Positions 27,353 to 35,208 of a DNA stretch of 64,000 nt are shown here, piece after piece. The stretch spans positions 47,710-111,709 of the forward strand of contig CAVQSJ010000036.1 in the NCBI GenBank assembly GCA_963715845.1, given 5' to 3'. A program made the position numbers and the translations under genes. The notes below the pieces were generated by a model, which did not search any database, was not told the origin of the DNA, and worked only from the letters and a program-made list of their open reading frames with translations. Each line of letters opens with the position of its first letter. Positions within the stretch are counted from its first letter, which is position 1. Source of the stretch: an uncultured Gammaproteobacteria bacterium (lineage in GTDB: Bacteria > Pseudomonadota > Gammaproteobacteria > Competibacterales > Competibacteraceae).

Positions 27353-28468
27353 ATGGCCATGATGACGAGAAGAACGTTCATCACCACTGCCGCCGCTACG
27401 GGTCTGGGTGCCACAGGAGTTCTTGCTTTCCACTCCTTCCGCGAGGGCCGCGCGGAGTATGAGCAGGCCGTGAAGCAGATCTGGCGTCATGGTGAGCGCG
27501 GTGCGAGCGACGCGCCCGCCGTACTGCGCGAACTGGTGCGCTACGCCACCCTCGCACCGTCCAGTCACAACACCCAGTGCTGGAAGTTCGGGCTGGGCGA
27601 CCGGTCGGTTTCCATCCTGCCCGATTATCTACGCCGGTGTCCGATCGTCGATCCAGACGATCACCACCTCTTTGTCAGCCTCGGCTGTGCCGCCGAGAAC
27701 CTCGTGCAGGCAGCGTCCGCCCTGGGCTTTCGCGGCGAGGCCGTATTCAATACGGGAACGAACGAGTCGTTGGAAATCTCCCTGGTGCGCGCACCGGCGG
27801 TGCGAACGCCGCTGTTCGAGGCCATCCCGCGCCGGCAGTCGACCCGGGCTGAATTTGATGCCAAGCCCCTTTCAAACGACGAATTGAGGCGTCTGGAAAC
27901 GGCCGGCTCGGGAAACGGCGTCCGGGTTCACCTGCTCGCGGATCGACGGGCGATGGAGAATGTGCTCGACTTCGTGGTTCAGGGAAACACCGCACAGATG
28001 CGGGACCCGGCCTTCGTGCGCGAACTCAAAGGCTGGTTACGTTTCAACGGCGGGCAGGCCGCGAGACAGGGCGACGGACTGTTTTCGGGTTCTTCCGGCC
28101 ACCCGACGGCCCCCGGTTGGCTGGGCGGCCTGCTGTTTGATGGGTTCTTTACCGAAAAGGCCGAAAACGACCAGTACGCGCGACAGGTGCGAAGCTCCGC
28201 CGGCATCGCGGTATTGGTTTCAGAGCTGGAGGACAAGCATCACTGGATCGAGGTGGGTCGTGCCTTTCAACGGTTTGCGTTGCAGGCAACGGCGATGGCT
28301 GTTCGAACCGCTCACCTCAATCAACCAGTGGAAGTCGCATCACTCAGGCCACAGTTCGCCGAATCAATCGGAATTACGAGTGGCAGGCCTGATCTTGTCA
28401 TTCGGTTTGGTCGTGGTCCCGAGATGCCCAGATCCCTGCGCCGCTCAGTCGATGCAGTTATCATTTGA
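27353..28468 (+). CDS. cassette 7a: Tat-secreted nitroreductase-family (Acg-like) oxidoreductase
   Basis: AGGAAAGG RBS; twin-arginine signal MTRRTFITTAAATGLGATGVLA; two nitroreductase-like halves. Confidence 0.7.
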   Translation: MAMMTRRTFITTAAATGLGATGVLAFHSFREGRAEYEQAVKQIWRHGERGASDAPAVLRELVRYATLAPSSHNTQCWKFGLGDRSVSILPDYLRRCPIVDPDDHHLFVSLGCAAENLVQAASALGFRGEAVFNTGTNESLEISLVRAPAVRTPLFEAIPRRQSTRAEFDAKPLSNDELRRLETAGSGNGVRVHLLADRRAMENVLDFVVQGNTAQMRDPAFVRELKGWLRFNGGQAARQGDGLFSGSSGHPTAPGWLGGLLFDGFFTEKAENDQYARQVRSSAGIAVLVSELEDKHHWIEVGRAFQRFALQATAMAVRTAHLNQPVEVASLRPQFAESIGITSGRPDLVIRFGRGPEMPRSLRRSVDAVII

Positions 28469-28490
28469 TGAGTCCCGAGGAGGCAAACCC

Positions 28491-29120
28491 ATGCAGCACC
28501 ATCCATTCATCAAAATTCTCCTGGCTTCTCTCGTGGCTGTTGTGGTGCTGGCGGGCTGCGCCAGCACGCCGCCCCCACGGTCCGGGTTCCTGGTCGATTA
28601 TCCCGATCTCAAACCGGATCCTGGCAATCCGCAGTTGCTCTGGTGGGAAAAGCCCGACTTTGACTGGAAGCGCTATCAGAAACTGATGATCGATCCGGTG
28701 GTGATGTATTACGACCCGAAAGCCAAAAATCAGGAAATCCGACCTGACGACCTGAATCGGCTGGCCGATGAGTTTCGAGACGTCGTCGTTGCTGAGCTAG
28801 GGAATCGTTTTCCTGTGGTTAATGCACCAGGCCGGGATGTTCTGCGTGTACGCGCCGCCATTACCGAAATCATTCCCGCAAGCCCGGCGCTGAACGTGGT
28901 GACGACGCTGGTCGCGTTTGTACCGCTCGACATGGGGGGTGCGGCGATCGAGGCCGAGTTCATCGATTCAATGACCAACGAACGTGTGGCGGCCATGGTG
29001 GAGCGCAAGCTAGGCACGCCTTTTGATTTGAAATCCGGCTTCACTTCGCTGGGTCATGCCAGAGCTTCGTTCAAGTCCTGGGCAGCGGAACTGAAACGAG
29101 CGCTCGAGACCGGGCCGTGA
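28491..29120 (+). CDS. cassette 7b: DUF3313-family lipoprotein
   Basis: GAGGAGG RBS; lipobox LAGC in MQHHPFIKILLASLVAVVVLAGCAS; DUF3313-like body. Confidence 0.65.
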   Translation: MQHHPFIKILLASLVAVVVLAGCASTPPPRSGFLVDYPDLKPDPGNPQLLWWEKPDFDWKRYQKLMIDPVVMYYDPKAKNQEIRPDDLNRLADEFRDVVVAELGNRFPVVNAPGRDVLRVRAAITEIIPASPALNVVTTLVAFVPLDMGGAAIEAEFIDSMTNERVAAMVERKLGTPFDLKSGFTSLGHARASFKSWAAELKRALETGP

Positions 29121-29148
29121 GAACCCCGATACAGAATAAACAATAAAA

Positions 29149-29210
29149 TGCCTGACAACAGCATCCAGCGGACGCGCCAAAAGCGCGCGCCGCTGATGCT
29201 TGGCGATATA
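29149..29210 (+). repeat. degenerate attC site 8 (R' decayed to GATATAC)
   Basis: cagcggacgcgcc aaaa gcgcgcgccgctgatgct parallels site 4 (gcggctgatgctaatcGTTAGGC), but the core is mutated. Confidence 0.4.
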
Positions 29211-29304
29211 CATAACTCAATTGACTGGGTTGATAAACTCGAAGACCTTATAATTAATAATTAGGGAAAGGTGACATATTTACTTTCTGGTGGTGTGCCA
29301 CTTT

Positions 29305-29368
29305 TCCTAACAACGGCTCGCAGCGGAGCGCTCTTTTCAGTCGCGTCCGCTGAAGCCTAGCGTTCTAC
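29305..29368 (+). repeat. terminal attC-like site 9 (R'' TCCTAAC ... R' GTTCTAC), preceded by an ORF-less AT-rich spacer at 29211-29304
   Basis: Pairing of ctcgcagcggagcgc with gtcgcgtccgctgaagc. It is the last recognisable site before the flanking minus-strand genes. Confidence 0.45.
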
Positions 29369-29457
29369 AACGGCCAGCAAACCGGCATTCAGGCGAACAG
29401 CAACGCCAAGTTCAACCAACCGCCGTGTCCATAATCGGGTAATCCCTCATACCTAAC

Positions 29458-29482
29458 CACTCTCCCGCAAGCGGGGGAGTGG
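29458..29482. repeat. REP-like GC-rich palindrome (ccactctcccgc aa gcgggggagtgg)
   Basis: Seen directly; the same core (ctctcccgcaagcggga) occurs at 33434. Confidence 0.45.
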
Positions 29483-29516
29483 CGCGAACGACCGGCCAAA
29501 GCTTCGGCTTCGGCGC

Positions 29517-31052
29517 TCACTCCCGCACCCAGGCAAAGCCGCTGATGTTGCGCTGTTCCCGGCTGAAGTTGATCCCGATCAGCGTGACCCGCTGCCCGGC
29601 GTAGCGCTGGTGGTAACCGCGCGCCTTGATCTGTTCCAGCGCCGAATCAGGCCCGGCCACCTCATCCAGCTTGCACTCCAGCAGCCAGACGCGATCCTGA
29701 AAGCGAATCGCCAGATCCACCTGCCCCCGATGGCTCACCTCCTCTGGCCGTACATCCACGCCCAGCGCGGCGAAGTAGCAATACACCACCGAAGCATAAT
29801 AACCCTCGTATTCCGCCAACCGGTTGCGGCGATACCAGTCGTGTGGAATCGAAGCGAAAAAGGCGTGCAGCGCCTGATGCAGCGCCTCGGGATCGTCCTG
29901 GCGCAGGGCTTCGGCCAGGCGATCCCGGGCGACCTGACCTTGGCGGGCATTGGGAACGTAACGTTGCAATTGCGCCCTGGGCAAGCTCAGGCGCACTTCG
30001 CGGTTGGGATAAGACAATCGATAGCGGTACCCGCTCATATCCCAACGCCGCTCCTGGATAGTCAAATAACCGGTTTGAAACAGCAATGCCTCGGGTTCGA
30101 TGGTATCGACATCAAAGCTCCCGAGAATCGCTTCATCGGTCTCTACCCCGTCCAGTTCCGCCAAAGTGATCTGGCGTCGTTCCAACACCTGGAACAAAAA
30201 ACTGGGCGTCCCCGTCTCGAACCAGTGGGACCGGAATTCCCGGCTGTCGAGATAGAGCAACACATCAAACGGGTTGTAGACCGGCTCACCCAGGAAGTTA
30301 TAACCGTTGTACCACTCGCGCACCCGCGCCACGTCCACCCCGTCCAGCCAGTCGGCAAACACCGTGACCAGTTCGTCGTGGGTGTAGCCGCACAGCGTCG
30401 CGTAGCGCGGATCGAGGGTGACGTCCTTGAGATTGTTCAGCCCCGAAAACAGCGAGACCTTGGAAAACTTGCTCACGCCGGTAAGCAACACGAACCGCAG
30501 ATGGGCATCCTGTCCTTTGATCACCGAATAAAAATTCCGCAAGCCGTCGCGCATCACCCGCGCCACGTCCGGCCGTTCCAGATTATCCAGAATCGGCTTG
30601 TCGTATTCGTCGATGAGAATCACCACCCGTTCGCCGAACTGATGATGCGCGGCTTCGATCAGGCGGGCAAACGCCAAATGAATTTCATCCTGCTGACAGG
30701 TCACATCAAATTTTTCGTAATGTTTCCGTAACTGGTCCCAGAGCGTGGCATTTAATCCCTCCGGTTGTTGCAACACCCCGCCGCCCAAATCAACGCGCAC
30801 CACCGGACAGGCGCGGTCCCAGTCCCAGTGTTGCTCCATATACAAGCCGGCAAAAGAGGCGCGGTGACCGGCGAAGGCTTCGGCGAGGGTATCGACCAGC
30901 AGACTCTTGCCGAAGCGGCGCGGCCGGGCCAGAAAGTAATACCGCCCCTCATCGACCAGCCGGGCGATGAGGGGGGTTTTATCGACATAGGCGTAGTTCT
31001 CCGCCAGAAAGTCGGCAAAGGTCTGAATGCCAATCGGGAGTTTTTTCTTCAT
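29517..31052 (-). CDS. predicted AAA-ATPase (PF09820-like) fused to a PD-(D/E)XK nuclease domain (PDDEXK_9/DUF1703)
   Basis: N-terminus IQTFADFLAENYAYVDKTPLI...FLARPRRFGKSL; C-terminal conserved nuclease-like region. Confidence 0.7.
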   Translation of the reverse strand: MKKKLPIGIQTFADFLAENYAYVDKTPLIARLVDEGRYYFLARPRRFGKSLLVDTLAEAFAGHRASFAGLYMEQHWDWDRACPVVRVDLGGGVLQQPEGLNATLWDQLRKHYEKFDVTCQQDEIHLAFARLIEAAHHQFGERVVILIDEYDKPILDNLERPDVARVMRDGLRNFYSVIKGQDAHLRFVLLTGVSKFSKVSLFSGLNNLKDVTLDPRYATLCGYTHDELVTVFADWLDGVDVARVREWYNGYNFLGEPVYNPFDVLLYLDSREFRSHWFETGTPSFLFQVLERRQITLAELDGVETDEAILGSFDVDTIEPEALLFQTGYLTIQERRWDMSGYRYRLSYPNREVRLSLPRAQLQRYVPNARQGQVARDRLAEALRQDDPEALHQALHAFFASIPHDWYRRNRLAEYEGYYASVVYCYFAALGVDVRPEEVSHRGQVDLAIRFQDRVWLLECKLDEVAGPDSALEQIKARGYHQRYAGQRVTLIGINFSREQRNISGFAWVRE

Positions 31053-31103
31053 GGTGCTTGGCGTCTGGCCCAAACCGATGTTCCGCGGGAACGACAGCGT
31101 GGC

Positions 31104-32897
31104 TCAGGGCGCCTTGACTGGCGCGGCGGGCGCCGACGGCGGACTGCCAGCCGCCTGACCGAGTCCACGGGCGACCGTGCTGTTGCCGAGAAAACCGAAG
31201 ATGGCCGCCGCCGCCGGCAGCGATCCACTACCAGCGCCGCCGCCCTCCACCAGCACGCTCGGCACTTTCACGGCTTCGGGGTTAGCGGCGATGAAGGCCA
31301 GTACATCCTTGACCATCGCCAGTTGGTAGGTCAACTCCCGTCCCAGTACGCTGGCTTGGGCCTGCTGGCCGGTGGCGATTTCCTGCAAGCGCAATTTCTC
31401 ACCCTCGCCACGCAATTGAGCCGCCGCGCGGTCCTGCTTGGCGACTTCGACCTGGATTTCCGCTCGCACCAGTTCCGGCTGCTGCTCGGCGGTGGCGCGC
31501 GCCTTCTCGGTTTTGATCCGCTCCTCCTGCGCTTGTTGCTCCTTCTGGAAGGTCGTGGTCATCTGCTGGGCCAGTTGTTCGCGCTTGCGGGCCAACAACA
31601 GTTCCGGCGGTAGCGCCGGGTCGCCGAAACGGACTTCGCGCACAGAGACTCCCGCATTGCGGGCCTCGGGAATCAGCGCTTCCAATACCGCCTGTTCCAG
31701 TTGCGGCCGCTTGTCCTGTAAATCCAGCACCCAATGCACGCTCTGAAGGCTGTCGCCTGTTGACGCACTCGCCGCCGGGGCTACGTAGGAACCGGTGACG
31801 TTGCGGACGATGCTGCGCACCGTCGGGGTCATGATCTTGTCCTCAACCGCTTGTAAGTCACCCACGGAAGCCACCACGAACGGCGCGTCTTCCGGCGTGA
31901 CCTGGGCCAGCACCCGCAAATCCTGCGGGATTTCCCAACCCTCGACCCGCAACAGGACAGCGGTATCGGCGGCGTTTTTGGGAGTCACCACTTCCTCCCG
32001 TTCCGCCGTCTGCTCGATCTGGCCGTTCTGATTCAGAGTCAGGTTGATCCGCCGCCGGACATAGCCCCCCTGATACTGCCAAGTCTGAATGCGAGTATCC
32101 ACCAGGGCGACTTCATAGGCCCGTTTGTTGAGGTAGTAAGTGCCCGGCAGCATCGGCTCGCTCCACACGCCCCGGCAACCCTTGGGCACCAACGGTACCG
32201 ACAGTTTGGCGGCATGTTCGTCGCGGATCGGTTGACAGGCGTCGGCGGGTTGGTCCTGCACGTTCGACTTGATCACCGCCACGAACCCGGCCGGTACCGA
32301 AGTCGCCTGGAACGGTTCGCCCTTGGTGTAGACATCGAACAAATATTGGTTCAGCCGGTAACGGCCCGGTCGGAGCACGGTCAGTTGTGGTCCCTTCTGC
32401 CCCTTACCCTCGGTGAGATAATAACGAGCTTCGAGCATCTTCTGCTCGTCGCGCCAGGCGTCGGCCAGGAATTGATCCGGGCGCAGCGGCGACCCGTCGC
32501 GGGCGACGATGAAGCCGTAATGGTTTTCTGGAATCTCCGTGATCGGCTTCTCTTCGACCTCGTACAGCAAGTTCAGCAACGGCTTGAAGTTGAAACCGGG
32601 ACCGAGAATTTCCGCCTGCGGACCGGCCTCGCCGTTCATGGCGATGATATGGCCGGGCGGCAGCTTCGCGACGCCGTAAATCAGCTTCAGGTGGCCGACC
32701 TTGTCCTGATCGACGATGACGAACGAAGTGGCTAGCGCCATGAACACGGCTGCCAGCGACAGGGTAATGCGCGCGCCGGTCCGGAGCCAACCCAGCGACA
32801 AGGCCCGTCCGCCGCGCGTGGTTCTGGTTTCTGGAATAAAGCGCGGCAGGAAAATCGCGCCAAGAGCAAAGAGGATGATCAGCAATAGAATGGTCAT
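31104..32897 (-). CDS. SPFH/band-7 (flotillin-like) membrane protein with a long coiled-coil tail
   Basis: N-terminal TM helix, an SPFH-like core, and a QEQQAQEERIKTEKARATAEQQ coiled coil characteristic of flotillin/YqiK-like proteins. Confidence 0.7.
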   Translation of the reverse strand: MTILLLIILFALGAIFLPRFIPETRTTRGGRALSLGWLRTGARITLSLAAVFMALATSFVIVDQDKVGHLKLIYGVAKLPPGHIIAMNGEAGPQAEILGPGFNFKPLLNLLYEVEEKPITEIPENHYGFIVARDGSPLRPDQFLADAWRDEQKMLEARYYLTEGKGQKGPQLTVLRPGRYRLNQYLFDVYTKGEPFQATSVPAGFVAVIKSNVQDQPADACQPIRDEHAAKLSVPLVPKGCRGVWSEPMLPGTYYLNKRAYEVALVDTRIQTWQYQGGYVRRRINLTLNQNGQIEQTAEREEVVTPKNAADTAVLLRVEGWEIPQDLRVLAQVTPEDAPFVVASVGDLQAVEDKIMTPTVRSIVRNVTGSYVAPAASASTGDSLQSVHWVLDLQDKRPQLEQAVLEALIPEARNAGVSVREVRFGDPALPPELLLARKREQLAQQMTTTFQKEQQAQEERIKTEKARATAEQQPELVRAEIQVEVAKQDRAAAQLRGEGEKLRLQEIATGQQAQASVLGRELTYQLAMVKDVLAFIAANPEAVKVPSVLVEGGGAGSGSLPAAAAIFGFLGNSTVARGLGQAAGSPPSAPAAPVKAP

Positions 32898-33012
32898 GAG
32901 CGATCCCGCTGGACGAAGAAGTGGGTTCGCTACATTCTAGCCAACCTCCGCTCCCACTGCCCGGAGCGAATTCGCCCCTGTAAAGTTTGCCATGCCTGCA
33001 TCGGGCGCCCCC

Positions 33013-33393
33013 CTAACTCCGAGCCGCGTGAACATCCTCCAGCGAGGCCCATTCCGCCTCGGTGAACAGGCGCGACCGGGTCAGAAAGCGCAGGCCTTCC
33101 GGCCCTTCCAGGGAGAACATTCCGCCACGTCCGGGCACGACATCGATAGTGAGCTGGGTGTGTTGCCAGTATTCGTATTGAGCGGCGCTCATGTAAAACG
33201 GACAGCCACCGATTTCGCCCAACAGCACGTCGCTGTCGCCTATCAGCAATTCGCCGTCGGGGTAGCACATCGGCGAACTGCCGTCGCAGCAACCGCCGGA
33301 CTGGTGAAACATCAGTGGACCGTGTTTGGCCTTGAGTTTGGCGATCAGTACCAGGGCCGCATCGGTGGCCAATACGCGGGAAATGGCGGTCAT
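33013..33393 (-). CDS. DUF779-family protein (conserved partner of aldehyde dehydrogenase)
   Basis: ATDAALVLIAKLKAKHGPLMFHQSGGCCDGSSPMCYP is diagnostic of DUF779. Confidence 0.75.
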   Translation of the reverse strand: MTAISRVLATDAALVLIAKLKAKHGPLMFHQSGGCCDGSSPMCYPDGELLIGDSDVLLGEIGGCPFYMSAAQYEYWQHTQLTIDVVPGRGGMFSLEGPEGLRFLTRSRLFTEAEWASLEDVHAARS

Positions 33394-33433
33394 GGCAATC
33401 TCCATCGTGCTGAGATCGACCCTCACCCCATCT

Positions 33434-33455
33434 CCTCTCCCGCAAGCGGGAGAGG
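33434..33455. repeat. REP-like perfect palindrome (cctctcccgc aa gcgggagagg) in the ALDH-DUF779 intergenic spacer
   Basis: Seen directly; related to the element at 29458. Confidence 0.45.
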
Positions 33456-33469
33456 AGGAGCGGGTTAAC

Positions 33470-34969
33470 TCAGAAAAATCCCAATGCCTTGGGGCTGTAG
33501 CTCACCAGCAGATTCTTGGTCTGCTGGTAATGATCGAGCATCATCTTGTGGTTTTCCCGCCCGATTCCCGATTGCTTGTAACCGCCGAAGGCCGCGTGCG
33601 CGGGATAAAGATGATAGCAATTGGTCCAGACCCGTCCCGCCTTGACGCCGCGCCCCATGCGATAAGCCGTGTTGATATCGCGACTCCATACCGCGGCACC
33701 GAGACCGTACAGGGTCTCGTTGGCGATGGCCAGCGCCTCGGCGGCATCCTTGAACGTCGTCACCGATACGACTGGACCGAAGATTTCCTCCTGGAAAATC
33801 CGCATCTTGTTATGTCCCTGGAACACCGTTGGCTGGATATAGAAACCATCCTTGAGTTCGCCGCTCATCTCGGCGCGATGACCGCCGGCCAAACATTCCG
33901 CCCCTTCCTGCCGGCCGATGTCGAGATAGCTGAGAATTTTCTCCATCTGCTCGGTGGAGACCTGAGCCCCCACCATCGTGGTGGTATCCAGGGGATCGCC
34001 CTGCTTGATCTGGGCGACGCGCCGCAGGGCGCGTTCCATGAAGCGGTCATAGATGGATTCCTGGATCAGCGCCCGCGAGGGACAGGTACACACTTCACCC
34101 TGATTCAAGGCGAACATCACGAAGCCCTCGATGGCCTTATCAAAGAAGTCATCATCCTGGGCGCACACGTCGGCGAAGAAGATGTTGGGCGATTTACCAC
34201 CCAGTTCGAGGGATACCGGGATCAGGTTTTGTGAAGCGTACTGCATGATGAGCCGCCCGGTCGTGGTTTCGCCGGTAAAGGCGATCTTGGCGACGCGCCG
34301 GCTCGACGCCAGCGGCTTGCCCGCTTCCAAACCGAAACCGTTCACCACGTTGAGCACGCCCGCGGGCAGCAGGTCTTCAATCAACTCCAGCAGCATCAGG
34401 ATGGAAGCCGGGGTCTGTTCCGCGGGTTTCAATACCACACAGTTACCAGCCGCCAGGGCGGGGGCTAGCTTCCAGGTTGCCATCAGAATGGGGAAATTCC
34501 AGGGGATGATTTGCCCGACCACGCCGAGTGGTTCGTGAAAGTGATAAGCGACGGTGTCGTCGTCGATCTCGGACAGCGAGCCTTCCTGCCCGCGAATGCA
34601 GCCCGCGAAATAGCGAAAATGATCGATAGCCAGCGGCAGGTCCGCCGCCAGGGTTTCTCGCACCGGTTTGCCGTTGTCCCAGGTTTCCGCCACCGCCAGC
34701 ATTTCCAGGTGGGCTTCCATCTGGTCGGCGATCTTGTTGAGCAGGCCGGCCCGGTTTGCGACCGCGGTTCGGCCCCAGGCATCGGCGGCGGCGTGGGCGG
34801 CATCCAGCGCCAGGTCGATGTCTTCCGCCGTCGAGCGGGGCACTTCGCAGAATACCTTGCCGGTGACCGGGCTGACGTTCTCGAAATACTCGCCTTTCAC
34901 TGGAGGAGTCCATCGGCCACCAATGAAATTGTGGTAACGGGATTTGAAACCGACTTTCGAGTACAGCAT
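33470..34969 (-). CDS. NAD-dependent aldehyde dehydrogenase (AcoD/ExaC-like)
   Basis: ELGGKSP and the catalytic cysteine in GEVCTCPSR; [19 protein letters not shown]-terminus; GAGGAG RBS. Confidence 0.9.
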   Translation of the reverse strand: MLYSKVGFKSRYHNFIGGRWTPPVKGEYFENVSPVTGKVFCEVPRSTAEDIDLALDAAHAAADAWGRTAVANRAGLLNKIADQMEAHLEMLAVAETWDNGKPVRETLAADLPLAIDHFRYFAGCIRGQEGSLSEIDDDTVAYHFHEPLGVVGQIIPWNFPILMATWKLAPALAAGNCVVLKPAEQTPASILMLLELIEDLLPAGVLNVVNGFGLEAGKPLASSRRVAKIAFTGETTTGRLIMQYASQNLIPVSLELGGKSPNIFFADVCAQDDDFFDKAIEGFVMFALNQGEVCTCPSRALIQESIYDRFMERALRRVAQIKQGDPLDTTTMVGAQVSTEQMEKILSYLDIGRQEGAECLAGGHRAEMSGELKDGFYIQPTVFQGHNKMRIFQEEIFGPVVSVTTFKDAAEALAIANETLYGLGAAVWSRDINTAYRMGRGVKAGRVWTNCYHLYPAHAAFGGYKQSGIGRENHKMMLDHYQQTKNLLVSYSPKALGFF

Positions 34970-35208
34970 GGCTTTTCTCCTCAAAATCGCCTGGTGGTTG
35001 TCGCCAGCGCCAGCGTTTGGGTATCCACGCATGGCTTTCGAGTCGACTACTGGCCGGGCATCTATCGGGGCAAAGCAACATGACCTGGAAAATCAACACA
35101 GCCCGTTACCCTAGCCATCCATCCCGCGCAGTAAGCACTCTACAATAGGCATAGTTCTTTAAGCTCCAAAAAACAACACAGTTCACCACTATCGTTGAAT
35201 GAGCCGTT

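Larger units (their letters stand above)
21659..29368 (+). mobile_element. integron gene-cassette array without an integrase in the window (CALIN-like); about 9 cassettes, all transcribed on the + strand
   Basis: Each ORF or ORF pair is followed by a 58-130 bp imperfect palindrome that starts with an R'' core (GCCTAAC, GCCCAAC, GGCTAAC, GCCTCTAAC) and ends with an R' core (GTTAGGC x4, GTTGGGC, GTTAGCC). The ORF stop codon often lies inside the R'' core. Functions are unrelated across cassettes, and the segment is lower in GC. No tyrosine recombinase was found anywhere in 1..64000. Confidence 0.7.
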
